Shown here in pieces: positions 38,369 through 50,917 of a DNA stretch of 64,000 nt. Position numbers and translations under genes: made by a program. How positions within the stretch are numbered: the first letter of the stretch is position 1; each line of letters opens with the position of its first letter. The stretch is from the NCBI RefSeq assembly GCF_000002075.1, contig NW_004797490.1, positions 1,025,013-1,089,012 of the forward strand, written 5' to 3'. The stretch is from Aplysia californica. Its lineage: Eukaryota. The notes under the pieces were generated by a model, which was not told the DNA's origin, did not search any database, and saw only the letters and a list, made by a program, of their open reading frames with translations.

Positions 38369-40463
38369 CAGTTTAATTTAAAATAATTAATTACTGACTT
38401 TTCTTCGTTTTTTGGGTTGTTGTTTTTTAAATAGATAAATTTACATTGGACATGGCACTGGAAATGCTCAATCTTAACAATACCATTTAACCAGGTTTTA
38501 TAGTAGAAACATTTTAAAAAATTTGACAACTTAATTTTAAATTACTCTACACATTACTTGAACTGCTGCAAAATAAAAAGAGATGACACAGTTCCGTACT
38601 TGAGAGATCCAGTAATCCGTGCTCAGCTGTACAATCCAAGTTCATAATCAATAATAGACTCCACAGAACCAGACTTCCATGTTTACTTTCGGCAGGAATA
38701 ATTATATATTCCCAAACCAACAGAACTAAGATTCAAGCCACACACTCTACAGCAAGTTTTTCTTTCATTAGAAAGAAAGCAGAATTTAAGTAGACAACAT
38801 ACAATAAGCAGAAAACGGCAACACTGTTTGACTAAAGAGCCAGAACTGCCTGGTAAAGACAAAGTATTTCTACCCCTACTACAATATATTCTGCCAGGAG
38901 GTATTAACAAATTTTTAAAATTTTGGTCAATGAAGAAGGAAAATCCTGAATTCCGGAAAAGTCCTGAAAATCCTACTCCATGCTTGGCAAATGCCAGAGG
39001 CATTAATCATTTCTTGAGTTCATGACAAGAGACAAAAATGGGTATTCACGGTAAAGCAGTGACTAAAAACCTCATCATCACCGGTATATAATACAGAGAA
39101 TCGAACGTACAATTCACATGTTCTATTTTGAAGACATAAAATCGTCAGTTGTGCACCTACATGCATCAATCTGAACAGTACATTTAGTTTTACTAATTTA
39201 CATTCATTCAACACTAATGCCCTCACTGTTTAACTGGTATCGATTCCCATCACTTTCAAAAGTAAAAATTTATTCAAGCCTGCATTTAACTGAGTTTTAC
39301 ATATTCTTATACAGCAGTCTCTGTCTAAATACATACTGTGTAAAAGCATCCCCTATTCTCCTTAACCCTCCAAATGTCGCAAACAAACAGTGTCATTTCA
39401 TCATATTATTATTGTGTTGGAAAATGCTGGGGAACAGGCAAACCAAGCTAGTCAAGGACAAGAACCTACATATTTTCAGAAAGTACAATTTAAAGAGGAA
39501 GTGGGGCCCATTTCTGAAGGAGCTGAAATGTTTGGTGCTATAAAATGAGGGATAAATGAACGGAAATAGCTACCCAAATTGTAGGCAGCACTGGGAGGGT
39601 TAATGCAAGCTTCAATTGTCAAAATCTATCAACAATTCAGAAAAATAAAAACCTTGAAGAAGTTTAAATAGGCCTACTTATTTCTGTGAAACAGCAAGAA
39701 ATAGTCTAAAGTTTAAAAAATGTGAGCTTTAAATCTGCTCACAGCTTAATGTTGCCATCACAGTCAACACTGCCCCTTTCCTCATCACATTCTTAATTTG
39801 TTATAATGACATTTTCACACCGTAAGTGACCATCCACATTTCCCCACACGTGAATCTAATTCATGTCTTTTTTCTGCAAGGCAAAGAGTCTAACCAATTA
39901 TACCAGACACAAGTACTGTTGTCACAAGGTTTTAAAAAAAAACAAGACAAGAAAAGTCAAGTAAAAAATATAAATCCAGATGAGGCCTTTACAATTACAT
40001 TTGAAATAACCAAGGAAAGTAATGACAATAAATTTTCTCCTAGTGTAAACAGGGTTCTGAAAATGTGTGACCTTGGGGCCTCCCAAGCACTATGTATTCA
40101 TGCAATGACAACTGTATACAAACAATAAGAAAAGTGCATTAAAGCTAAAATACTTTTTTCCATATATATCATACCATTGTATGGTCACAAACGCTTTTTC
40201 TACTGATGTACACATAAATACTTTCAAGAAATTTGTCACACACATTGCCTGCCAACCATCCAACGTTTCAACTTTCACAACCACTGGTGCACATTTTATT
40301 CATCTTCCTTTTAATCTTTTTTGAGAATACGTAATTTATACTGTTATCATAGACTTACTATTTGTATTTATAGAATCTAGACCCAGTTTTCCTGTGCTGT
40401 GAGAGCAACAAAAAAACTGAAGAACCTTACGCGTCTCTTCTGTCCTAGGCCTAGAATCTAGAC

Positions 40464-40998
40464 AGGGGGCTCTCGTGGCCTAGAGGTTAAGGTGTTGGCC
40501 TCTCATGCAAAGATTCCGGGTTCGAATCCAGGTAGCGACCAAAAAATTTTCTTCTCTAAAATTTCTCCTTTCACCTCCTTTCCTGCCCTCTAGTCTAGCA
40601 ATGTTCTGTCGTCTGCTTTCGTCTCCTCTTTCTGCCCCCTCCCCCTCACCTCCTTTTGCCCCCTCTTCTGGACTCCTGACTCTTTATGGAGCCTTTCTAC
40701 TGCTACTCCTTGGCTCATTCTTACTGCTGTCTTTCAGCCGAATCCCTGATCTTCTGGTAGGAAAGATCTACACCTAGCCTTCTCGGACAAGGGCGAAGAA
40801 TCTAGGAGGTCCTGTGTGCAAGTTGCACACGTTAAAGATCCTTTGGTGGTCTAAAATCGATAAGAGTAAGCTTCAGCTGCCACCCGGGCAAAATTCAAAA
40901 TTTCCTACCAACTGAAAAAGTTTAATGTGTCCCGCGCGCTCATTTGACCTTATGCAGTTGCGAGCGCCGTAACACACGTATGGAATTTTTAACCAAAA
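40464..40998 (+). mobile_element. SINE family A copy nested in the P element
   Basis: Colinear with 15737-16259; TSD AATCTAGAC. Confidence 0.9.
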
Positions 40999-41267
40999 AA
41001 TCTAGACTAGTTCTCTCTCGCCTTACACACGCCTTATTTGTTTTGTGAAGAAGACTTCGACTAGATCTAGATTTCTACTACTACATAATAGGGTAAGTTT
41101 AATTAATAGTAAGCAATCTAATTTTGTTGTTTTCTTGTTTGTTTGACGTGTTTGAATTCATTGATTGATACAAGCGATTTTGATTTCTAATCTAGTTCTA
41201 GATCTCTTCTTTGTTTACAGTCACACAGATTCACGAGTGAAGATTAACATAACAATGATCTAGATCT

Positions 41268-41452
41268 GGCAAAATTGAGGGCAAGCGAGGCAGGGGTAGG
41301 CCGAGAACAACATACTTAAGGAACCTAAACAAATGGGTAACAGGGAAAGATCAGGGAAACATAGTTTTTCTGAGAGCATCCGAGCAAAGGAATGAATGGA
41401 AAATCATGATCGCCGATGTCTGTCGCAGATCTGGCACTGGATGATGATGATA
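41268..41452 (+). mobile_element. RTE LINE 3' end (5'-truncated) nested in the P element
   Basis: GKIEGKRGRGRPRTTYL...RNEWKIMIADV then a (GAT)n tail; TSD TAGATCT. Confidence 0.8.
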
Positions 41453-41990
41453 TAGATCTATGTTACTTCTATCGTGGACTTGGACTCTCTTTCTTGCTAG
41501 GAGAAGTTAAAATTTAGATGTAGAATAGCTGGTAAAGTGTAGAATCGTGGCTTGCTTCTATTCGATCCAAGCATTTTGCTGCCTTTTGAACATAAATAGA
41601 TCTATTGGAAGCAGTGTTGATTAAAATAGAAGCAAGGGGGCGCGCAGTGCCTTCCATAATCAGTCTTAGAAATCTAGCAAACTACAATATTCTAGATGGA
41701 AGAGGCTAGCTGTACTAAATGACGTCTAGACCACCAGGCTAGCCGTACTTATGCATGCAATAAGATTGTGAATTTTATAACTAGATCTATAATTTTTTTA
41801 CTGAATAGCTTGTAGATGTAGAATTATTTTGATATCTATAACTTTAAACGGAAGTCATTAGACGCAGGAGTAGAAAAAGGGAGATGAAATGAAGGGCAAA
41901 TTTTAATAGTCACTTGTAAATTTATGTAAGGAATCATAATATTTCTTTGAAATTTATACTTTGACATTATGCATTCAAAGATTCTTCAGT

Positions 41991-44631
41991 ATTGTGAAGG
42001 TGTGCTCTGCTTGGGGGTCCTCAAACAGGTACCAGAAAAGAAGCTTGGAATCAGCAAACAGAAAAAATTACGTGACATTTCATGCTTTTCCCAAATATGA
42101 AGTCATATCAAAGCGGTGGACAGCTGCTTTAAGAAGGGAGAACTTTACCCCATTACGCACAACATACATTTGCAGCTCCCACTTCTTGCCCAGTGACTAC
42201 AACAACAATGGATTTCGGCGTAAATCAAAATGACATAATGTACCATCTGTTTTTGCCTTTCCTCCTCATCTACAGAAAGTAGCAACCCAACATCGACTAA
42301 TTAAACGACAAATGCTGAAAATCACTCCAAAACCAATGCCTGTAAATCCCTTAATAAATGATCAATCCTATTCCATCAGCCCTTCGAAAGAAGAACAACG
42401 AGTGAGCATGAAGAAAAAAATGTGAGTCAAGATTTTACCGTCTGAGAAAACAACCAGAAAATCTATCGCCTTCAATCAAAATAGCAGAAATTAACAAATC
42501 TTTTGAAGGCGGCGAAAGACAGAAATTTGATAGAAGAGAGTGCGTTTGAGTTAATTGAAAATACATTTGGTGGCATGTCTTTGGTGCTGTTTCAACATCT
42601 TCTGCAACAAAAAGACGTCAACAAACATTGTCGAACGTACAGCCAGGATAAGAAAGTTTGGAGCCACCCTCAATTTTCTGTCTCCAGCTGCTTATGAGTA
42701 TGTTCACCAGACTCTAGGCCGGCCACACTGTGAAACATTGCTAAGATGGCAGGGTTCTGTTGATTGCAATCCACGTTTTTTAAGTCAAGTGCTTCACAGT
42801 GCTAGCAAGCAAGCAGAACAAAGAGGGGAGCGAATGTATTCCTTGGTGGTGGATGAGATGAGTCTAAGGACTGAAGTCATGTGGGACCGGTCTCTCCATC
42901 AATATACTGGCCATGTGGATTTCGGGGGTGGACCTATTGATAATACGGTTGCCTCTCATGCTCTCGTCTTCATGACCGTTTCATTAAATAGTCGATGGAA
43001 GACACCAATCGCATACTTTTTTACAGACCACATCAACAGCTCCCAGCTGTCCCTTTCCATCAAAGAAACCCAGATGAAAACAGCTGAGAAGAGCCTGATA
43101 GTCACAGCCATTGTGGCCGACAGGTTAAAAGCCAACATGAAAGCTGCAAGCTGTCTTGGTTTCAACCTTTCAGCAACCAAACCAACATGCCATACCAACC
43201 ATTCCCATGAAGACTTCAATGAAGAAAAAATATGGTTCATATGTGATCCTCCCCATATGTCAAAGTTAACAAGGAATCTTCTGGTTGAAAGGGGGACAAT
43301 CTATGTGTGGCAACACGATGGAATCTGCCCGCCAATTTCTTGGAAATACATACATCATCTCCATGCACGATCTACAGTCAAAAGACAGCCTATATCTGGC
43401 AAACAAGCTCGGATCTAAGCATGTGAACTACAACAATTTGAAGATAAGGGTAAATGTAGCAACCCAGAAGCTATCCTCGTCAGTAGCCACCGCCATCGGG
43501 ATGATCTTCACCTTCCTGCATTTCAAGGCTCTGCACCAACGTGTGAGCTCATCCGGAACATTGATAGGCTCTTTGACCACCTCAATACAAAAAATCCATT
43601 TGCAAACGGACAGAAAGCACCATTGTCACTAGTAAACCAAGATCAATGGCACGGATTTTTTGCCAATGTGAAGAAGTACATTCTGACCTTGCTGGACTAT
43701 AATGGGACACCACTGTATTCATCTCAGCGAGGCCAAGCCATCCTTGGCTTCATCATCAGCACCACTTCAACTATGGAACTGCTTGGCAGTGGAAAGCTTA
43801 ATTAAGTACTTGCTGCCGCACAAACACTCCCAAGATCGCCTTGAAATGTTCTTCAATAAAATTTGTCGTCAAGGTGGCTGGAATAATAATCCTATCTATG
43901 GAAGAAAGATTCCGCTACTCGATGCAAATCCTCCTTCACCAAAATGAGGTGAAGGCACCATCATCAAGCAACACAATCCAGTTGCATGATACTCAAGAGC
44001 TCACAGTGGAAGCCCAACAGTGCCTCATCAACTCTTCTCAAGGAGCAGACACTAAGTTCATCATACAGGCAGAAAATCTGAATGCAGCGATGTTCACAGA
44101 TAGCCAGTGGCAGATGTCATGTCTTGTGTATACAGCTAGTTTTATTTTATCTGTAGGAGACTTATGAGGCGACTCAAGTGTGTCAGTTGCCAAGCTGCAC
44201 TCAAGGATGACATGGAGTTTGGACCCCCGACTTCGGTTTCTGCAAAGAAAAAATGGCAAACTGGTGACACCATCAAATAGAGTCGTGGAGGTATTGAAGT
44301 GCACAGAACATGCCTTTCGCACAGTCATGCCTGAACCATGCACTATGGAGAAGCTTCCTCACCAGAAGAAAGTGGACATTCATATCCAGCTACTTGTTGT
44401 AAATGCCCTTCAAGATAAAATAAACACTCTCTTTTCTTCAGATCATTTTGCCACTCATGAATTTGGAGTTGAAGACCACACTCTATGCAGCTGGTGAAAA
44501 TAACTGCAAAGTCATACATCAACATGTGTTTGTGGAAAGCAGGAAGACAACACCATCAGCGAGTGATCTTGAAAGGAAGAGGCAGCAAGGGGATGAAACT
44601 GAATAAATACATCCTCTTCAGCGGCCTGTAA
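41991..44631 (+). pseudogene. THAP-domain P-element transposase pseudogene
   Basis: THAP zinc finger (CSAWG..FHAFP..RW..ICSSHF), catalytic-region motifs LVVDEMSLR, CDPPHMSKLTRN, ANKL..H, SQDRLEMFF..RQGGWNNNP, ending LNKYILFSGL*; start codon reads ATT; several frameshifts and stops. Confidence 0.9.
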
Positions 44632-44750
44632 TGAGTCTCTTGCAAGTGTCAGGTCAGGGAGGGCGGTCCTGCTACTGGGACAAGTCATCCTGGGTAATCC
44701 GGTACAACCTGTTGATTAGTGGATTATCAATGGATATAGCAGTACCTTAA

Positions 44751-45456
44751 CCCTTAAAACCCTGAATTCTTTTTTTTCATACCTCCCTAGAATCCTGAAT
44801 TAAAATTGAGATACTAGAAAAAATTAGGTTGGTTCATTATTTTGTTTACTGTGTTTTTAATTGTTGTTAGATTTTACTGAAGTTTGAAAATGTTATTTAT
44901 ATATGAATGCACAGTCTGAACAAAAGGGGAAAAGGTTAAAACACTGGTTTTTAGGACCAACTCTATGAGTTAAGTCTTGTGTGTGATCCCCGACACAATT
45001 TCAGTCAAAGTATCATTAGACCCAGCCGTAGATCTAGCCTCTGGTAGCTTTAGTGGTGATCTCCTGCCAATTCCACTATCGTCAAAATCATCATCGATGT
45101 TATGCGGAACATTGCAATCGTCTTCAACGGTCATATTTATCAATATATCCGACTGGGAGATCATTATTGGGGTCTGGTTTGGATCAAAAATGTCAAAAAT
45201 TTTGCGGCCTGGAGGGCTAAGCAGCGAAAAGTGACTAATTTTTCTTAAAAACTCGCAAAATTTCCAAACTTTCGGTGTAGAACTGCTCTCATGACATTAT
45301 CGGTACTTTCTGCTCGCGACAGAGTCATCTGGAGTTACATCCCCTGTTTCTAGCACTGGGAATTAAACGATAAAGTCGACCAGCGGTTACCAGCGGTATA
45401 GGAAAATAGGGCGTCAGCGGTTATCAGCGGTTACCAGCGGTATAGGGTTTTAAGGG
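44751..45456. mobile_element. piggyBac-like non-autonomous element nested in the P element
   Basis: TTAA TSDs; 13-bp TIR CCCTTAAAACCCT; CAGCGGTTA repeats at the right end. Confidence 0.85.
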
Positions 45457-46086
45457 TTAATGGTGAGTACAAAAAGGCTGTCTCTTTATTGCTGAATTTC
45501 CCTCTGACTGCCTTCCTTTTCTCCCCCCCACCCCCTTTGTCCTGCCCCTTTTTCAATCTCAGATTTTACCCCAGTTCGTACAGGTGGCATCTGTATTCTC
45601 TCTCTCTCTTTCTATTTCTCCTTATTACATTCTATAACCTTGACCAATCGAGAGAAAGAGAGAGAGAGAGTGAGAGAGAGAGATTCATATTCAAAGTGTT
45701 TATGCTCTACACCCGCTAGCGCAACCTGCTGGACCAATGGCTGCAATGTCCGTTAGGCGCCCACTGCATTCTTGTTTAGAACTGGGTCTAGATTCTATAA
45801 TAGTAAGTCAGTAGCTGTTATAAACACTATCGCATACATATGTCAAGCAATAGCATTTAAATTAAAACTCTACTGATAGCAACGGATGTAAGCTATTTTA
45901 CAATAGGAAACATGATGACCCACATCAAAAGTACAACCCAGTGTATTTTGCCTCTTCATTAAATCTGTTATAATACTTGTTGATACATAAAATGCATTGA
46001 CATGTCTCTGATGTATTTCTGGTTGAAATGAAATTGTCCTAGTATCGAAAAAAATGACAGAAGCAAAATAAAACGACTTGCAAATG

Positions 46087-46185
46087 TCACGATGATTTAA
46101 ATTCTTTGTGAAATGCCTCTGCAAGAACTTTTAGAGATTTGAACTCCTCTTGTATCTTGTCAGTTATGTGCTTCCTGATTTCTTT
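46087..46185 (-). CDS. TAFAZZIN: Tafazzin coding exon 8 (KEIRKHITDKIQEEFKSLKVLAEAFHKEFKSS*)
   Basis: Poly-T acceptor; similar to human EMRKALTDFIQEEF; stop TGA. Confidence 0.93.
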   Translation of the reverse strand, partial: KEIRKHITDKIQEEFKSLKVLAEAFHKEFKSS

Positions 46186-46739
46186 CTGGAAAAAAAAAAA
46201 GAAACAAAAAACTGATCAGTAGAGAAGTAATAGATGGTGGACAGTGTGGGAAAGAGAGAAGAGAAACAAAATATATCATTAAGAATGCAGGAAGAGAGAA
46301 AATACGAGCAATATGAGCAATCCTCCAACATAATTTCCATATTGTACATGAGAATATGGAGTGAGCAAGGCAAGCAAGGCAATTGAAGGGTATCCTTCAC
46401 ATACACTGGTCTCAACCAATTCAATCCCATAAGTTCTGGAGCATTGTCAAACTTAATCTATATTATAATTATAATTGTATCAATAATTCCCAAATACACA
46501 AAAATTTAACTTAAGGGTTATTCCATTCGTCATAGTGTAACTTTTCAACGATGACAGTTCAAAGTCAAAGCCATTTGTTCTGAACTTAAACCTGTAATTT
46601 AGAGAATTATTATCACTCCTTCCTTTAAAGTAACTCAGACACCTTTTCACCTATTTCAAAAAAATTGAACGAATAAAATTCAACCAAAGGGACATCAGAT
46701 TTGTTAATAAAGAGAAAAGCAGTCTGTGTGTGCGAGGAA

Positions 46740-47320
46740 TATTAATTTTTGAGGGAGTAATCGTGGTGATCCGCCCATTCTGATTTCAGGACATGGGCTG
46801 CAATGCCCCGACCATCACATTAAGTATCTCACCATGCTGAGACTGAGAATGTTGCGGGGGGCGAGGAGAGAAAAGGGTAAATGCTGTTGAGGAGGCCTGG
46901 TTCTAGCAGTGTGGGGCCACACCCCACACATTAAGAGTGGCCCTTGCACAGTTACAAGAAAGGTTTGGAGAATGCCTTATAAGCTGAAAGCTCACAAATA
47001 AATGACCATTGCATTCCCCCAACTTGCACCCCTTTGATTATTTCCTTTGGGGTTTTTTTGAGAGATCTATGGAAACAACGTACTTACTAAAACTCAAACA
47101 GTTAGAAACTCAATCCTGAACAGGAGGTCCAAATAATTAACCCAGAAATACGCTACAGGGTTATTTCAGATAAGCATATTCAACTTGTCTGAAGAGAAAT
47201 GGTCAACACTTGGAGCATACAATTTAAACGATCACCAGCTTCCCTGAGTTTATTTGGCAATGTCAATTCAAACACGCAAATTGATTTTGTTCGTACTGTA
47301 AACAAATTTGACACCCCCTT
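46740..47320 (+). mobile_element. Tc1/mariner (maT/rosa-like) transposase remnant in the last tafazzin intron
   Basis: Decayed WF*QCGATPHT (WFQQDGA..H) and SPNLHPFDYFLWGF (SPDLNPLDYFLWG) motifs; boundaries approximate. Confidence 0.6.
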
Positions 47321-47580
47321 CATTGACTTTTATTTGCTCAAAGTTTTGTTGAAACTGGTCCAAAGATGACTTAGTTATAGTCTGGTATTAATAGTGCATT
47401 CCTTTTCTCTTGAACTCGTTTTGCTTTTACTGTCGAAACAAACAGAATCAGTAACACATTGATAAAGATGGTAAATGGCTTGAAATAGTCTACTGGGTAT
47501 TGGCTACTTTCTGATAGCTAAAATTCAGTTCCATTTATAGAAAATTGTGTTAAATCTTTGAAACTGAACAGTGAATCTTT

Positions 47581-47758
47581 TAGTTTTAGTGAGAGTTTTA
47601 CGGTACTTGCACCACAGTAAGGTCATATAAGTGCCGAAGATTAGAAGTGTTACAAGAAGAGTAACAAACACAAAAAAGGAGGAGAGATAAGGATGACAGA
47701 TGTTTGATAGGAAAGAAGAAGCAAAGCACACCAGAGAACCTGCCAACCACCTGCACAC
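47581..47758 (-). mobile_element. Short retroposon family C (178 bp)
   Basis: TSD TGAATCTTT; same head and tail as 56042-56220. Confidence 0.85.
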
Positions 47759-48061
47759 TGAATCTTTGAAACATGACACAATAAATCTTCACGATGAATT
47801 GCTCTCCTCACATAAAAAAAAATATACACATGAAAAAGAAAGGTCAAATATGACCCACAAAAATACTAATACTCATTGTCAAACAAAAGGTTATGTTTTA
47901 CTTTAAAAAATGGTTACAAAAAAAAATGCATTAGAAAATAATGCAACCTATGCATTAAAGGTAAACCAAACAAGAAAAAAACTATACTATAAACAAAAGT
48001 TTCCCTTTTTGGATTAGTAATCATGGTAGACAAACGGTGTACAACATGACAAATGACTCAC

Positions 48062-48139
48062 GGGCGTTTTCTTCATCGACCTGAGTCGTTCCAGATCTGA
48101 TGAAAAGTCAAGAGGCTCTCCGATGAGAATGGTCACATG
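48062..48139 (-). CDS. TAFAZZIN: Tafazzin coding exon 7 (HVTILIGEPLDFSSDLERLRSMKKTP)
   Basis: 78 nt, AG/GT boundaries, phase 0. Confidence 0.93.
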
Positions 48140-48965
48140 CTGAGGAAAACATCAGAAGTCTGATGGATGTCACATTATTAATGCACATGTTAATTCAGCA
48201 AAAGAGAATCTATTTAAAAGGAAGAAAGAAAAAAATTAGGGATATACTGAAAGAAGTCTGCATGGGGTGCTCACGAATAAAAACAATTAGGAAGATATAA
48301 ATGCAATTTCTAGGATGCTTGAATCTATATTATAAAGACCTGGAACATCTTGCTGAAAAAAATAAAAAACAAAAGCAGCAGTAGTCGACCAAGAATAACA
48401 TTCTAAGAGAATTTGGAAGAAATTGGGCGACAAGTGGAGACCAGGGTAACGTTTTTTTTAAAGAGCATCTAAGCAGAGAAACAAAAGGCAAACTATGACC
48501 ATGGTTGTCTTTGCCTGAATCAGAACCGACACTTGATGATGATAAATTCTCAAACCACTAGCTGTCATTTTCTGCTAATCGACTCGCAAGACTGAATTTA
48601 AATTTGGTCTAAAAACACATTATTTAAATCAAATTTTACTGACTGTATTTTTCTTCTTCCAACAGCAGGTGTGATCAGAAGCCACAGTGGTTGCCTTTTT
48701 GTGTATGTGTTCTTCGTCAGATTACGAGTGTATATGTAGCCTATTTGAAAAAAATGTACGTTCAATATGGGCCAGTTTGCATGAAACATTGATTCAATTC
48801 CTATTTTATTGTGAAGCGCCAAGAGCCATCAGGTTGTATAGAAGTGATCTTTATTATCATTTATTATTAATATTATGAAAGACAGTTTCAATGAGAAGAA
48901 CCAAACAAAAGACTTTTGGGGGCCCTTGACAGTAAAAATGCAACAGCACAAGCATGTATAATTAC

Positions 48966-49018
48966 CTTCCTGATCTGAGGAATATATGGCCTGGAGTTGG
49001 GTAAAACTGAATCCATTC
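48966..49018 (-). CDS. TAFAZZIN: Tafazzin coding exon 6 (GMDSVLPNSRPYIPQIRK)
   Basis: 53 nt, AG/GT boundaries. Confidence 0.93.
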
Positions 49019-49204
49019 CTGAAAAAACAAGGAACATCTTTCTTACACCATGCACAAATGGTAAAACATTTGTAAATTCAACCAAAGTTACTTGTTGGGT
49101 ACTGAATAAATTTTCTCCAAAGCAAATCAAATTTAGTGTGTACTGTAGGTAGCGTGACAATTATATCCATTGAATTTTTAAAGTATCTCATCACTTTGGT
49201 ATCA

Positions 49205-49420
49205 CTGGCGTCCATGTTGTAGTGATCCGGCGCTTCGCTGTTGAAAAACAGGAGACTGGAGTTCAACTCAAAAATGGTGAGAATTTTTATCAAGTATCTC
49301 GGCCTTTCTCCAGGGATGTTGTATCCCTCTCAGCCCGAAATGGCCCTGACAAGCATAGTCGGAAGCCCACCTCCTAAATGAACTAAATAGTGTCGATGGG
49401 GGCGTAAAAACAGCACACTA
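49205..49420 (+). mobile_element. Degenerate tRNA-derived SINE (separate family)
   Basis: A-box-like TGTTGTAGTG, B-box-like GAGTTCAACTC, tail GTCGATGGGGGCGTAAAAACAGCACAC. Confidence 0.45.
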
Positions 49421-49677
49421 AATTCTTAAAACTTTGGTTTTGGTATATAATTCATCAGTAGCAGCATGTCAGTTCAAAACATTTGTAAAGCTATTGATTA
49501 AAATTTATACTACAACCAGATTATCTTTCGAGTGAATACATCTTACGAGAGAGCAAGAGAGCAAAAAAATACAGACACCTTAAGCTATCTTAAGCTTGCT
49601 ATCAATACCATCATATAAATACAGCAGACTGTATCTTTCAACATCAGTAAGTATCAAACCATAGTAAATGTGCTTAC

Positions 49678-49740
49678 CAACATGCCAAATAGGGAGTACG
49701 ATTGGTGTTCTTTGGCAATCAGCTACTGCACGTCCCACCC
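49678..49740 (-). CDS. TAFAZZIN: Tafazzin coding exon 5 (GVGRAVADCQRTPIVLPIWHV)
   Basis: 63 nt, AG/GT boundaries. Confidence 0.94.
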
Positions 49741-50369
49741 CTGAAAAATACAGAACAAATGTAATCTTTTTTTAAAAGGAGGAGACATTTGGATAGCCTA
49801 CCAGTTCAGTTGTCTTGAAATATAATGCTGTTCGGGAATCTGCATGCCCAACAGATCCTCTAACATCTTAAAATCAACAGTGCCCAAACTGTCAGCACAA
49901 TCTTTTCTTAAATCATTGCTGAAAAATAGTAGGCTACAGCAAAAACCTGAATTCAGTGCTGGACAAAACATCACAGGAAAAGGAAAAGAACCCTTCCTGC
50001 CAAGGATTTCATCTGGATAGAAAACAAAACCCAAAGAAACCAACAAAGAATCTCCAAAACAAAGCAACAAAAAGAAATAACCTTACTAAAAATCTTGGAA
50101 GCACACCCTGAGGTTCAGACAAGAACACTTTTGCGAAACCACAACCAAGGCTACACAAGAGCTGCCCTAGACTACAACACAAGAGCTGTACTACACCACA
50201 ATATCTCCATACAAAATGGACATGGTGACACTTATATGCCCACATTTAGACTTATTAACACAAACATGGACGAGACCTACTTGAGATTCCTTAAAACTAT
50301 CTCAAAGAATACCCTAGAACAGCAATCACTCATCATAATAAACAGAATATTTTTAATGGTTATACTCAC

Positions 50370-50411
50370 CCCATTTTAGCCGCAGGAACTCATTTGTCAT
50401 GTTGATCTTCC
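50370..50411 (-). CDS. TAFAZZIN: Tafazzin coding exon 4 (GKINMTNEFLRLKW)
   Basis: 42 nt, AG/GT boundaries; human GKVNMSSEFLRFKWG. Confidence 0.94.
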
Positions 50412-50917
50412 CTGTACAATAGCAAAAATGGGAAATGCGTTGTGAGACTACAAATGAAACCATTCCACAGACACCAAAACAAAACATTCAAGAGCTCTGT
50501 AAAGTAATGCAAAAGCCCAAAGGTCATAAGCTTTATATCTCTAAACCTTCATCATTCTAAAAAAAAAAAAGTACCCACAAAAAATCGTTCCCCTCCTTCC
50601 TCCCTTTTCATCTTCTCTCTCTCTTCCTCCACCTCCCTCTCTCTCTCAAGTTATGTATATAACAAGAATGGCTGGAATGTAAAAAACTGAAATGTATATT
50701 TTTGGTGGTGCGCATGTGTTAATGTGTGCATGGGCGTATATCTGTGTGTGTTTTGTGCACATGTGTGTGTAATTTGTGCATTTGTGTGTGTGTGGGGGGA
50801 GTATGTGATTGCATTGAGCTCCATTTACCACAGACAGGAAAAAAATTAAAAGACAAAGCAAACAAAAAATGGTAAGCACTGCTTTGGGTTTTGTCAAAAA
50901 AATATTTTTATTATTAA

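Larger units (their letters stand above)
40348..45814 (+). mobile_element. Full-length decayed P-element (THAP9-like) transposon
   Basis: 7-bp TSD CTGTTAT at 40341 and 45815; TIR CATAGACTTACTATT...TATAGAATCTAGACCCAGTT versus AACTGGGTCTAGATTCTATAATAGTAAGTC; internal THAP-transposase pseudogene. Confidence 0.88.

Noticed and set aside
42555-43418. 287-aa ORF as a domesticated THAP9 gene
   Set aside because: Fragment of a multiply frameshifted transposase inside an element with TIRs and TSD.
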